Positions 1 through 9,682 of a stretch of 36,311 nt of DNA are shown here, one piece after another. Position 1 is the first letter of the stretch. Each line of letters begins with the position of its first letter. The notes under the pieces are model-generated. The model ran no database searches and was not told the DNA's origin. It saw only the letters and a list, made by a program, of their open reading frames with translations. Origin of the DNA: an uncultured Bacilli bacterium (GTDB lineage: Bacteria > Bacillota_I > Bacilli_A > RF39 > UBA660); assembly GCA_944332695.1 (NCBI GenBank), contig CALVKL010000003.1:1-36311 (forward strand). Reading direction: 5' to 3'. The translations under genes and the position numbers were made by a program.

Positions 1-42
1 TAACAGAAAGAAGAATTACAAAGAAATTAAGGAAGTGATAGT

Positions 43-921
43 ATGGATAATAGACAAAATTCGACAAATATAAACTGGTATCCAGGACATATGGCTAAAA
101 CAAAAAGATTAGTTAAAGAACAATTAGACCTAATCGATATAGTCTACGAAGTAATCGATGCTAGAATGCCATATTCTTCAAAAATAAAAGATATTGATGA
201 TATAATAAAAAATAAGCCACGTATTTTAATCATGACAAAATATGATTTATGTGACAGAAAAGAAACAGACAAATGGATAAAATATTATAAAGAAAAAAAT
301 TACACTGTTTTACCGCTAAATTTAGAAAACAATCCCAATTTAAATCTTTTATTTGAATTGACTAATAAATTAATGGAAAATATTAATCAAAAAAGAGAAC
401 AAAAAGGAATGCTTAAAAAAAGAACAAGGGTTTTAATAATAGGTATTCCTAACGTTGGGAAAAGCACTCTTATTAATCGCTTGGTTGGAAAAAAGGCTGT
501 TTCCGTTGGCAACAAACCAGGTGTGACTAAACAACTTAGTTGGATTAGAATTAATGATAAACTAGAATTATTAGATACCCCAGGAGTATTATGGCCAAAA
601 TTAGATGATGAAACTGTTGCTCTAAATTTAGCTAGTCTAACTGCTATTAAGAAAGAAATATTACCATTATTTAATGTTTGTGAACATATTTTAAATACCT
701 TATATAAATATTACCCTGAAAAATTAAATGAGCGATATAAAATAAATCAATTAGATAAAGACATTGTAGAAACCTTAGAAAAAATTGGTAAAGCAAGAGG
801 ATGTTTAATTAAAGGTGGCCAAGTTGATTATGATAAGGTAATTAATGTTATAATAAATGATGTCAAAAACGGTTACTTTAAAAACATTACTTTTGATAGA
901 ATAGAAGAGATAAAGGAATAA
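43..921 (+). CDS. rbgA: Ribosome biogenesis GTPase RbgA (YlqF)
   Basis: N-terminal INWYPGHMAK; circularly permuted G motifs (DARMP, TKYD, GIPNVGKST, PGVTK, DTPG). Confidence 0.97.
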   Translation: MDNRQNSTNINWYPGHMAKTKRLVKEQLDLIDIVYEVIDARMPYSSKIKDIDDIIKNKPRILIMTKYDLCDRKETDKWIKYYKEKNYTVLPLNLENNPNLNLLFELTNKLMENINQKREQKGMLKKRTRVLIIGIPNVGKSTLINRLVGKKAVSVGNKPGVTKQLSWIRINDKLELLDTPGVLWPKLDDETVALNLASLTAIKKEILPLFNVCEHILNTLYKYYPEKLNERYKINQLDKDIVETLEKIGKARGCLIKGGQVDYDKVINVIINDVKNGYFKNITFDRIEEIKE

Positions 922-1301
922 TGGAAAATGTTTTAGTTATGGCCTATTTAGGTGATAGTGTTTATGAAGTATATATTAGAAAATATTTGATTGATCAAAA
1001 AATTGGAAAAGTAAACAATTTACAAAAAGAAGCTATTAAATATGTTAGCGCGAAAGGACAATGTAATTTAATTAATAAATTAATTGAAGCTAATTTTTTA
1101 ACAGAAGAAGAATTAAATATTTATTATCGAGCGAGAAATCACAAGAGTAAATCACATCCTAAAAATACGGACATTATTACTTATAAACAAGCAACTGGTT
1201 TCGAAGCAATAATAGGTTATCTTTATCTAAATAATAATATTAACAGAATCGAAGAAATAATTAATTTTAATTGGGAGGTAAAAAATGAGAGTGTATGGTA
1301 A
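921..1301 (+). CDS. mrnC: Mini-ribonuclease III
   Basis: AYLGDSVYE, RARN and ATGFEAIIGYLYL motifs; no dsRBD; sits directly upstream of rlmB. Confidence 0.93.
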   Translation: MENVLVMAYLGDSVYEVYIRKYLIDQKIGKVNNLQKEAIKYVSAKGQCNLINKLIEANFLTEEELNIYYRARNHKSKSHPKNTDIITYKQATGFEAIIGYLYLNNNINRIEEIINFNWEVKNESVW

Positions 1302-1944
1302 GAATGTTGCTAAAGAAATAAATAGAAAAATAAAAAAAGCATACGTTATTCATAATTTTAAGGATAAAGATTTATTAAAAAAAATTAATGCTCCTATTAT
1401 TTATGTTGATAAAAATAGATTAGATAAAATGGTAGATGGTGTTCATCAAGGAATAGTATTAGAAATAGAAGATTATGAATATAAAGATATAAATGAAATA
1501 AATACAGATTTAGTGGTTATTTTAGATCATCTAGAAGATCCTCATAATTTAGGTGCCATTATTAGAACATGCGAAGCCGCTGGTGTAAAAGATATTATTT
1601 TGCCAAAAGATCGTAGCGTTCAAGTGAATAGTACAGTAATGAAGACAAGTGCCGGATGTTTAGATAAGGTTAATTTATATCAAGTAACTAATTTAGTTCA
1701 AACAATAACTTATTTAAAAAAACAAGGTTTTTGGATTATTGGTACTGATATGGAAGGTTTAGATTATAAAGACGTTGACTATGAAGGAAAAATTGCTATA
1801 ATTATTGGTAATGAAGGAAACGGGATGAGTCGCTTGGTTAAAGAATCTTGTGATTTTATTGCCAGTATTCCTATGAAAGGAACTGTTAATAGTTTAAACG
1901 CTTCGGTAGCAGCTGGGATTATTTTATTTGAAGCAAGGAGGTAG
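1285..1944 (+). CDS. rlmB: 23S rRNA (Gm2251)-2'-O-methyltransferase, SpoU family
   Basis: HQG, LEDPHNLGAIIRT, GNEGNG and SLNASVAAGI SPOUT motifs; mrnC-rlmB-sigH synteny. Confidence 0.93.
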   Translation: MRVYGKNVAKEINRKIKKAYVIHNFKDKDLLKKINAPIIYVDKNRLDKMVDGVHQGIVLEIEDYEYKDINEINTDLVVILDHLEDPHNLGAIIRTCEAAGVKDIILPKDRSVQVNSTVMKTSAGCLDKVNLYQVTNLVQTITYLKKQGFWIIGTDMEGLDYKDVDYEGKIAIIIGNEGNGMSRLVKESCDFIASIPMKGTVNSLNASVAAGIILFEARR

Positions 1945-1945
1945 T

Positions 1946-2545
1946 ATGAATTATAAAGAATTTAATGATTACGAATTATTGGATTATATCCATAGTTGTA
2001 ATGAAGATGCGAATGAAATAATTTTATATAAATATCGACCTTTAATTATTAGTATTGCTAAAAAAATGATTAAATATTGTAACGGTGGCGTTGATATGAA
2101 TGATTTGATTCAAGAAGGAATGCTAGGATTAAATAGTGCCATTAATAGCTATAGAGATGATAAAGATGCTAATTTTGGAACTTATGCTAAATTATGTATT
2201 GAAAGAAGAATTTCTTCTTTAGTAAAAAGTACTCAAACTAATAAAAATAAAATATTAAATGAATCAATTTCGATTGAACAAGATGATGATATTAATTATG
2301 ATCGCTTCCTAGCAGATAATTCTAATGATCCAGCTGTTAAAATAATTAATAACGATTATCAAAAAGATATACTTATTAAATTAGATAGTCGTTTAACTCC
2401 GTTAGAAAAACAAGTATTAGAACTTAGAAAAAACAATTTTGATTATAAAGAAATTGCTGAAATTCTTGAAAAAGATAAAAAATCGATTGATAATGCTTTA
2501 CAAAGAATAAAAGCTAAATTAAAAAGTATTATGCATGAATTATAA
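1946..2545 (+). CDS. sigH: RNA polymerase sigma factor SigH
   Basis: DLIQEGMLGL, YAKLCIERRI, K.KILN, YKEIAE..KSIDNALQRIKAKL; AGGAGG RBS supports the ATG at 1946; synteny with rlmB. Confidence 0.88.
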   Translation: MNYKEFNDYELLDYIHSCNEDANEIILYKYRPLIISIAKKMIKYCNGGVDMNDLIQEGMLGLNSAINSYRDDKDANFGTYAKLCIERRISSLVKSTQTNKNKILNESISIEQDDDINYDRFLADNSNDPAVKIINNDYQKDILIKLDSRLTPLEKQVLELRKNNFDYKEIAEILEKDKKSIDNALQRIKAKLKSIMHEL

Positions 2546-2656
2546 CTTTTATTTGTTTTAAACAATGTTAAACTAAAATTTTTATAAAGTTGTGATGTTA
2601 CATAATACAATTAAAAGAATGATTAGTGGTTATTATATAAATAAAGGATGTGGTAA

Positions 2657-4859
2657 ATGGAACTAAATTTAAAGAATATACAACAATTAAATTCCCAACA
2701 AATATTAGAAATAATTAAGCCAATGGTTAATAATCTTTATAAATTGATTGACTATGTTGGAATAACAAAAGAGAACTATTATGATTTAATATTAAAAGAA
2801 ATTAAAAAATCAAAAAAAATTATACTGGTGATGTTGCATATATGGATTATATTAAAAATAAAATAAATGCAATAATATTCAAAAAGATAAAAAAGCAATT
2901 ATTAGAAACAGAAACAGCTATAATAATTATAAATAATTATATAAATAAATATTTTAAAATAAGTAATGAATATAATGAAAACTTAAAAAACTTAAAAAAA
3001 TTAAGTACGTTTCTACAAGGCTATGACTATATTCCTACCCCTGATGTTTTAATACAAATAGTCGAAAAAAATATACTGTTTTCAAAAACTATAGAATCTA
3101 TTGTTAAAAAAAACCAAAAACAAATTGTTTCTGGTAATTTAGAACAAATATTTGATGATAGCATAATTATTTTAATAATTGAAACATATTGTTTATTAAA
3201 TAATATCGAAATAAAAGAATCTAAAGAGTTAAAAGAAGATACAAATGATATAGATAGTTATAAATTAATAAATAGCGTAAAAATGTATTTTCAAGAAATA
3301 AGTAAAATACCATTATTATCATTAGAAGAAGAAAAAAACTCCTTTGGCAAATATCGCAAGGTGATACTTATGCAAAAGAAATATTTATTGAAAGTAATTT
3401 AAAATTAGTGGTAAGTATAGCTAAAAAATATCAAGGTAGAGGATTGTCTTTGTTGGATTTGATTCAAGAAAGCAATATTGGTTTAATGGCTGCTGTTGAT
3501 AAATATGAACTAAACAGAGAAACAAGATTTTCAACATATGCCACTTGGTGGATTAAACAAACAATCACAAGAGCGATAGCTGATAAAAGTAGAAATGTAA
3601 AAGTTCCTGTTTACTTATATGAAAAAATTCAATTTTATAAAAAAGTTGTCATAAATTTAGAAATAAAATTAAATCGACAACCAACAATAAGCGAAATCGC
3701 TGATGAAATGAAGATATCCGTTTCGGAAGTAATAAAATTACAAAAATTACAAGGCGATACATTAAGTATCAATGCATTAGTTAGTAATGATGAAGGTACT
3801 GAATTTGAAAAATTTATTCCAGCATCAGAAGAAAATTTGGATGATATTATAATTGCTAGTAGTATAAATATACAACTTAGAACTTTATTTGAAAAATGTA
3901 ATTTGACTCAAAGAGAAATTGAAATATTAGTGTTAAGATTTGGCTTAGACGGAAGAAATCCTATGACTCTTAGGGAAGTTGGAGAAAAAATTAATGTAAC
4001 AAGAGAAAGAGTACGTCAGATAGAATCAAAAGCTATTATGAAAATTAGGAGATCAAGTCATGTTGAATCACTAGCAATTCTAATGCAAAATCCAGATAAA
4101 GCCTTAAAAAATATCGAAAATTTTAGACAATTGTATAGAGAAACAGGAAATTCAAACAAAACATTTTTAAGAGATGATCAAATATCAAAAGGGAAGGAAC
4201 AAGAAAAAATAAAGAAATTAAAAACAGTATATCAACGTTTTAAAGATTTTACAAAAGAACAAGTTGACGCTGTGTTATTAAAATTAACAGAAGAAGAAAA
4301 AGAATTAATTACATTAAGATACGGGAAAGATTTAGAAAATCCAATACCTGGCAAATTAAGTAAAGAACAAACATACAGATTTTATAGTTTATTAATCCCC
4401 AAAATGAGAAGACTCCTATTTAACCTAAACGGGAAAGTTATACAAGAGAAAATTGATACAGCACCGCCAGCTACACCCGCACAAGCTCAACTAACAGTAG
4501 AATATAAACAAACTCAAAATACTTCTGAACAGGAAATTGATTTTTCTTTAGAAAATAATGATGCCACCATAACAAGAGAAACTTGTTACGAAATATTAAA
4601 ATTATTAAAAACATCAACATTTAGTCAAATGATGAATGTTTTATCAATTAAAGAAATTATTATTATCTCTTTAAGGTTAGGATATGTAGATGGCAAATAT
4701 TTTTCAATAAATCAAATATCAGATTTTTTAGGCTTGGAGCCTCAAGAAGTTATAGATACAATGAAAAAAGTATTGTTGTTATATAAAGATAATATTAACC
4801 AATTTATTGATCAAGCAATTGAATTAGTAGCAGAAGAACCAAAACAATTAATTATATAA
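2657..4859 (+). pseudogene. Large sigma-70 (RpoD/SigA-like) paralogue, ~734 aa if two -1 frameshifts are corrected; either a pseudogene or a recoded/phase-variable gene
   Basis: ORFs 2657-2866, 2842-3402 and 3408-4859 join by adding one A at the A8 run (2812-2819) and one at the A7 run (3332-3338). This restores region 1.2-2.1: NSVKMYFQEISKIPLLSLEEEKKLLWQISQGDTYAKEIFIESNLKLVVSIAKKY. Only the first ORF has an RBS (AAGGATGTG). Confidence 0.85.
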
Positions 4860-4922
4860 AAATACATCTATACATTAAAATAACCAAGAAGAAATTATTT
4901 ATTAATGTCTTAGTACAATATT

Positions 4923-5459
4923 TTAGTTTATATATATATTAATACCATACTTATTATTTTTTATATCAAAGAAGATATAGTTTTTAATAGGATAATAAGT
5001 TAAATAGCCAAAAACAATATAAGTTATTATAAGAATAATAATACCAAGAATATTTTGGTATTTTATTTTTCTATATTTTAATAGATAATAACTTATTAAT
5101 TGTTCTATTACAATAATTATAAATAATAAACTAATGCTTATTATGAAATTTTCTCCCAAAAGATTATAAATAGGAATAAATATAATTAAATATAAAATAA
5201 TTCCAATAATTGGTACAATGGATAATTGAAATAAAAAATTATTGAAATTAATTTTATTTTTTTTTATAAGTAAATAATCGAAAATACCATAAAAAACATA
5301 TGATGTAAAAATTATTTTCATATGTTCCCAAATACTTTCATTAACAGGAAAAAATATACTAAAAAAGCTATTAGGAATAAAATCATAAGCAAAATGAATC
5401 GGAAAACATAACAAAAATATAAGAATTAAACCAATAAATTTAATTGTTTTTAAATTCAT
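4923..5459 (-). CDS. Polytopic membrane protein, DUF6512-like
   Basis: About 5 hydrophobic segments; HF.Y and FPVNESIWEHMK motifs recalled as typical of DUF6512; RBS AAGGATGTG. Confidence 0.75.
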   Translation of the reverse strand: MNLKTIKFIGLILIFLLCFPIHFAYDFIPNSFFSIFFPVNESIWEHMKIIFTSYVFYGIFDYLLIKKNKINFNNFLFQLSIVPIIGIILYLIIFIPIYNLLGENFIISISLLFIIIVIEQLISYYLLKYRKIKYQNILGIIILIITYIVFGYLTYYPIKNYIFFDIKNNKYGINIYIN

Positions 5460-5479
5460 AAAACCACATCCTTATTAAA

Positions 5480-5508
5480 TAATATGAAAAAAAATAAAAA
5501 AATTATTC
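5480..5508 (-). promoter_or_regulatory. Candidate sporulation-sigma (SigG/SigE-type) promoter for the DUF6512 gene
   Basis: On the minus strand, GAATA-17 nt-CATATTA lies just upstream of the RBS. Confidence 0.45.
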
Positions 5509-5513
5509 AAAAA

Positions 5514-5540
5514 AAAGGAATTTGCAGATTTTTGTCGTAT
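5514..5540 (+). promoter_or_regulatory. Candidate SigH promoter for dnaG-rpoD
   Basis: AAAGGAATTT...GTCGTAT; AGGA-17 nt-GTAT has the SigH AGGA-N17-GAAT geometry with one mismatch. Confidence 0.55.
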
Positions 5541-5562
5541 ATTAATAAATAGAGGGTAAGAT

Positions 5563-7293
5563 ATGAAAACATTAACAGCAGAACAAATCAATGAAATAAG
5601 AAATAGTGTTGATATAGTTGATATTGTATCTAAATATATTCCGCTTACAAAAAAAGGAAAAAATTATTTTGGTGTATGTCCTTTTCATGAGGATAATGAT
5701 CCATCGCTAAGTGTTTCACCAGACAAACAAATTTTTTCTTGTTTTTCTTGTCATACTGCAGGTAATGTTTTTTCTTTTATTAAAGAATATGAACACGTTT
5801 CTTTTATTGAAGCTGTTAAAATGGTCGCTGATATCGCTGGTATAAATGTCGATATTGATATTAATAAAAAAGAATTTAAAAATAATGATATATACAAAAT
5901 ATATGAAATAGGTCAAAAATTTTATTTAAATAACATTAATACACAGTTAGGTAAACCAGCTAAAGATTATCTTCATCAAAGAGGAATTACGGATAATTTG
6001 ATTAAAGAGTTTGAAATTGGCTTAGCTATTAAAAATAGTAAAGCATTGTCAAATTTATTAGAAAAAAAGGAGTTTAAAGAAAAAGATTTAATTGATAGTG
6101 GATTAATAGTTAAAGATGAAAATGGCTTTCACGATTTCTTTTATGATCGAATTATGTTTCCGCTACATGATATAAATAATAAAGTAATCGGTTATAGTGG
6201 TAGAATTTATTATAAAAGTGATGCCCCTAAATATATTAATAGTAAAGAACATGTATTGTTCAAAAAGGGCGAATTTATTTATAATTATGCTAAAGCTAAA
6301 AATGAATGTCGTAGTAAAAATACGGTCATTATTATGGAAGGTTTCTTAGATGTAATTAGAGCTTATAGTGTTGGTGTTACCAATGTTGTTGCAACATTAG
6401 GGACAGCGTTTACAAAAGAACATGCTAATATTATAAGAAGATTAGCTAGTAATGTTATTATTTGTTTTGATGGCGATAAAGCAGGAGCTAAAGCAACAAT
6501 GGCTTGTAGTGATATTTTACTAAATTTTAATATAATTCCCAAAGTTGTTCGTTTAGAAGATAACTTAGATCCTGATGAATATATTTTAAAATATGGTAAG
6601 GAAAAATTTCTCGATAAAATAAACAATCCAATTAGTGTTATGGACTTTAAACTCAATTATTTAAAAAATGATAAAAACATGACACAAACGGTTGATAAAG
6701 CAAAATATGTTAGCGAAGCAATTGAACAATTAAATAAAATTGATGATGATATTTTAAAAGAAGTTACTTTAAAAAAAATATCTAAGGAAACCGACTTAGA
6801 TATTGAGTTTTTAAAAGACAAATTAAACAAAAAAGAAACTAAAGAAATTATAAAACCTATTAAAAAAGTTAAAACTAATAAATATATAATAGCCGAGATG
6901 AGTTTATTATATTATATGTTAAGAAGTGAAGACGTTATTAAAATGTTTGACAATCGCACAGTTTATTTTCCGACAAAAGAATATCGATTGTTGGCTCATG
7001 AAATAAATTATTTTTATAAAAATAATGGATACATAAACGAAGCTGATTTTATGACTGATTTAGATGATGATATGATTAAAGTGGTTGGTGAAGTCGAATC
7101 GTTAGATTTGAAAGAAGAGTATACTAATAATTTAATTATTGATTATATAAATGCAATTGAGGAAAAAAATATAACTGATGAAATTAATCGTTTAACTAAA
7201 TTAATGTTAGAAGAAACGGATGAAATAAAAAAAATAGCCATCGCTCAAAAAATAATTGATTTGAAAGTTAGAGGAGAAAAAAATGTTGGATGA
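5563..7293 (+). CDS. dnaG: DNA primase
   Basis: CHC2 zinc finger (CPFH...CFSC), RIMFP, KYINS, TOPRIM motifs EGFLD, FDGD and DPDE. Confidence 0.98.
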   Translation: MKTLTAEQINEIRNSVDIVDIVSKYIPLTKKGKNYFGVCPFHEDNDPSLSVSPDKQIFSCFSCHTAGNVFSFIKEYEHVSFIEAVKMVADIAGINVDIDINKKEFKNNDIYKIYEIGQKFYLNNINTQLGKPAKDYLHQRGITDNLIKEFEIGLAIKNSKALSNLLEKKEFKEKDLIDSGLIVKDENGFHDFFYDRIMFPLHDINNKVIGYSGRIYYKSDAPKYINSKEHVLFKKGEFIYNYAKAKNECRSKNTVIIMEGFLDVIRAYSVGVTNVVATLGTAFTKEHANIIRRLASNVIICFDGDKAGAKATMACSDILLNFNIIPKVVRLEDNLDPDEYILKYGKEKFLDKINNPISVMDFKLNYLKNDKNMTQTVDKAKYVSEAIEQLNKIDDDILKEVTLKKISKETDLDIEFLKDKLNKKETKEIIKPIKKVKTNKYIIAEMSLLYYMLRSEDVIKMFDNRTVYFPTKEYRLLAHEINYFYKNNGYINEADFMTDLDDDMIKVVGEVESLDLKEEYTNNLIIDYINAIEEKNITDEINRLTKLMLEETDEIKKIAIAQKIIDLKVRGEKNVG

Positions 7294-8359
7294 AATTAAA
7301 ACTTTTGCACAAAGAAAAGAAGAATTAATTAAACTAGGGAAAGAACAAGGATATATTACCTATGATGAATTAGCCGATGCTTTAAAAGGATTAGAACTAG
7401 ATACTGATTCATTAGATGATTTATATAATGCTTTTAGTGAAAATAATATTCCCGTTGTATCAGAAGAAGAAACTGATGGCGGAAGTGATAAAATATTGTT
7501 AGATGATAACAATTTGACTAAAGATTTAAATATAAATGATCCAGTTAGAATGTATTTAAAAGAAATAGGACAAATTAAATTATTAACGACCGAAGAAGAA
7601 TTAGAGTTAGCTGATCGTATTTTAGAAAATGATGAAGAAGCTAAAGCAACTTTAGCCGAAGCTAATTTACGTTTAGTTGTTAGTATTGCTAAAAGATATG
7701 TTGGTCGTGGAATGTTATTTTTAGATTTAATTCAAGAAGGAAATATTGGCTTAATGAAAGCTGTTGAAAAATTTGATGTTAGTAAAGGGTATAAGTTTTC
7801 AACCTATGCTACTTGGTGGATTAGACAGGCTATTACTCGAGCTATTGCTGATCAAGCTAGAACAATTCGTGTTCCAGTTCATATGGTTGAAACGATTAAT
7901 AAACTTGCTCGTATTCAACGACAATTAACATTAGAATTAAATAGGGAACCAACTGAAGAAGAACTAGCAAAAGCAATGAACACATCGCCTGATAAGATAA
8001 GAGAAATATATAAAATTAGCCAAGATCCGGTCAGCTTAGAAACACCGATTGGTGAAGAAGACGATTCACATTTAGGTGATTTCATTAAAGATGAACATAA
8101 TATGAGTCCTGAAGAATATGCTACTAATGAAATGTTAAAAGATGAAATCAATGATATTTTGTTAACATTAACCGAAAGAGAAGAAAAAGTTATCCGCTTA
8201 AGATTTGGACTAGAAGATGGCAAAGCGAGAACTTTAGAAGAAGTAGGACAATATTTTGGTGTCACAAGAGAAAGAATAAGACAAATCGAAGCGAAAGCTT
8301 TAAGAAAATTACGCCATCCTTCACGTTCACGCAAATTAAAAGATTATTTGGACAATTAG
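7283..8359 (+). CDS. rpoD: Primary sigma factor SigA
   Basis: Region 1.1, [56 protein letters not shown]; follows dnaG. Confidence 0.98.
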   Translation: MLDEIKTFAQRKEELIKLGKEQGYITYDELADALKGLELDTDSLDDLYNAFSENNIPVVSEEETDGGSDKILLDDNNLTKDLNINDPVRMYLKEIGQIKLLTTEEELELADRILENDEEAKATLAEANLRLVVSIAKRYVGRGMLFLDLIQEGNIGLMKAVEKFDVSKGYKFSTYATWWIRQAITRAIADQARTIRVPVHMVETINKLARIQRQLTLELNREPTEEELAKAMNTSPDKIREIYKISQDPVSLETPIGEEDDSHLGDFIKDEHNMSPEEYATNEMLKDEINDILLTLTEREEKVIRLRFGLEDGKARTLEEVGQYFGVTRERIRQIEAKALRKLRHPSRSRKLKDYLDN

Positions 8360-8371
8360 TTATTAATCAAT

Positions 8372-8400
8372 TTGACAATATAATCATTTTGAGGTAAAAT
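8372..8400 (+). promoter_or_regulatory. SigA promoter of the nrtR operon
   Basis: TTGACA-17-TAAAAT. Confidence 0.8.
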
Positions 8401-8402
8401 GA

Positions 8403-8417
8403 GTGTACTATTAACAC
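8403..8417. promoter_or_regulatory. Candidate NrtR operator (autoregulation)
   Basis: Palindrome GTGT-ACTATTA-ACAC (GT-N7-AC core) between the -10 box and the RBS. Confidence 0.6.
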
Positions 8418-8431
8418 AAAAGGAGAAAAAT

Positions 8432-9103
8432 ATGAGTAGTATAAATACAGATTATAATCAGAAGTTAGAAACTCTAATCGGTGTTTTTACAATTGATAAA
8501 GGCAAAATAAAAATATTACTGATGAGAAAGAAAAAAGATCCTTACAAAGGATATTGGATTTTGCCTGGAGAGATTTTAAATACAAATGAAACTTTAGAAG
8601 ATAACATTACTGATGTTGTTTGTGATAAATTAGGGTTGCCAACAATGTATATTGAACAGTGCTATACTTTCAGTAATTTAAACCGTCATTTAGAAGAAAG
8701 AGTTGTAGCGACAACTTTTATCGGATTAATAGATAATATTACTTTAGTATTAAAAAAACAAGATCGTGATGATGTTGAAATAGAATGGTTTGATATCAAT
8801 GCAATTCCCAAAACTGGCTATGACCATGATAAAATTATTAACAAATTAATCGAATATTTTAAAAAAAGAATAATTAATAGTAATATTTTAAAAATTTTAT
8901 TTCCAAGCGATTTTACTTTACCAGAATTACAAAAAATATATGAACAAATTTTAAATATTTCTATTGATCGTAGAAACTTTAGAAAAAAATTAATTAATTT
9001 AGGATATGTTGTTGATACTGGAGATGTTAATGAAGGCTATATGGGCCGCCCAGCTAAACTATATCGTTTTAGTGATGATATTCAAGAAAGGAATTTATTT
9101 TAA
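8432..9103 (+). CDS. nrtR: NrtR-family regulator (Nudix-like domain plus winged HTH)
   Basis: PYKGYWILPG, degenerate Nudix box, FTLPELQKIYEQIL..DRRNFRKK and GRPAKLYRF; AAGGAG RBS supports the ATG at 8432. Confidence 0.85.
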   Translation: MSSINTDYNQKLETLIGVFTIDKGKIKILLMRKKKDPYKGYWILPGEILNTNETLEDNITDVVCDKLGLPTMYIEQCYTFSNLNRHLEERVVATTFIGLIDNITLVLKKQDRDDVEIEWFDINAIPKTGYDHDKIINKLIEYFKKRIINSNILKILFPSDFTLPELQKIYEQILNISIDRRNFRKKLINLGYVVDTGDVNEGYMGRPAKLYRFSDDIQERNLF

Positions 9104-9571
9104 ATGAATAGATTCAAATTAAATAATCGTGGTTGGGGATTACAAATGTTGTTAGCTTGTATTTTAGTGTTAATGATAGGTCTAGTAATAGTATCAGCAT
9201 TAGTTAACAAAAATTTTGGTTATTTATTTCAACCAATCGATAGTTCTAATGAAGAATCTAAAGAACCTAGTAAAGATGATGAACAACCAACAAAAACATA
9301 TGAACAATTAGAAACATCAGTTAAAGAAGCGACTAAAAAGTATCAAGCAAAATATTATTCTAATATTTTAGATGGGGAAAAAATAACAGTAACTATTAAT
9401 CAATTAATTAAAGAAAAATTAATTGATAAAATAGTTGATATTAAAGATAATAAAGTTTGTACAGGATATGGACAATTTATTTTAAAAAATAATACTATAA
9501 CATATGAGGCTTTCTTAAATTGTAGCAACTATCAGACTTTAGGTTATAACGAAATTTATGATATTAAGTAA
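9104..9571 (+). CDS. Membrane-anchored protein with a non-canonical prepilin-like leader
   Basis: LNNRG|WGLQMLL followed by a hydrophobic helix; C-terminal ITVTINQLIKEKLI..DIKD..C...C resembles the other pilin-like proteins in the window. Confidence 0.55.
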   Translation: MNRFKLNNRGWGLQMLLACILVLMIGLVIVSALVNKNFGYLFQPIDSSNEESKEPSKDDEQPTKTYEQLETSVKEATKKYQAKYYSNILDGEKITVTINQLIKEKLIDKIVDIKDNKVCTGYGQFILKNNTITYEAFLNCSNYQTLGYNEIYDIK

Positions 9572-9578
9572 AAAAAGC

Positions 9579-9608
9579 TTGACAAATATACAATAAAAAT
9601 GATATTAT
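9579..9608 (+). promoter_or_regulatory. SigA promoter of the str operon
   Basis: TTGACA-18-TATTAT with an extended -10 TG. Confidence 0.75.
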
Positions 9609-9617
9609 GGTATCGCG

Positions 9618-9682
9618 TTTAATTTGGATTTGCTTATGCAAATCTAAAATTAAAGTTAAATATGAAACACCTGGAAGTGTGG
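9618..9682 (+). promoter_or_regulatory. Structured rpsL 5' leader
   Basis: ~16-bp hairpin at 9618-9654 (GGATTTGC-TTAT-GCAAATCT core) plus a small ACAC-CTGGAA-GTGT hairpin before the RBS. Confidence 0.5.

Noticed and set aside
1-42. Possible 3' end of an upstream CDS
   Set aside because: Too short to assign a frame or product.
2546-2656. Short palindromes (TTGTTTTAAACAA; TGTGATGTTACA) upstream of the giant sigma gene
   Set aside because: AT-rich and do not match a known operator spacing well; cannot be told apart from chance.
3408-4859. Treating the 483-aa ORF as a stand-alone sigma factor
   Set aside because: It begins mid-region 2.1 with no RBS, and region 1.2 lies in the upstream ORF in another frame.
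5716-8334. Minus-strand ORFs 5716-5916, 6363-6656 and 7915-8334
   Set aside because: Antisense to dnaG and rpoD; composition is typical of shadow frames.
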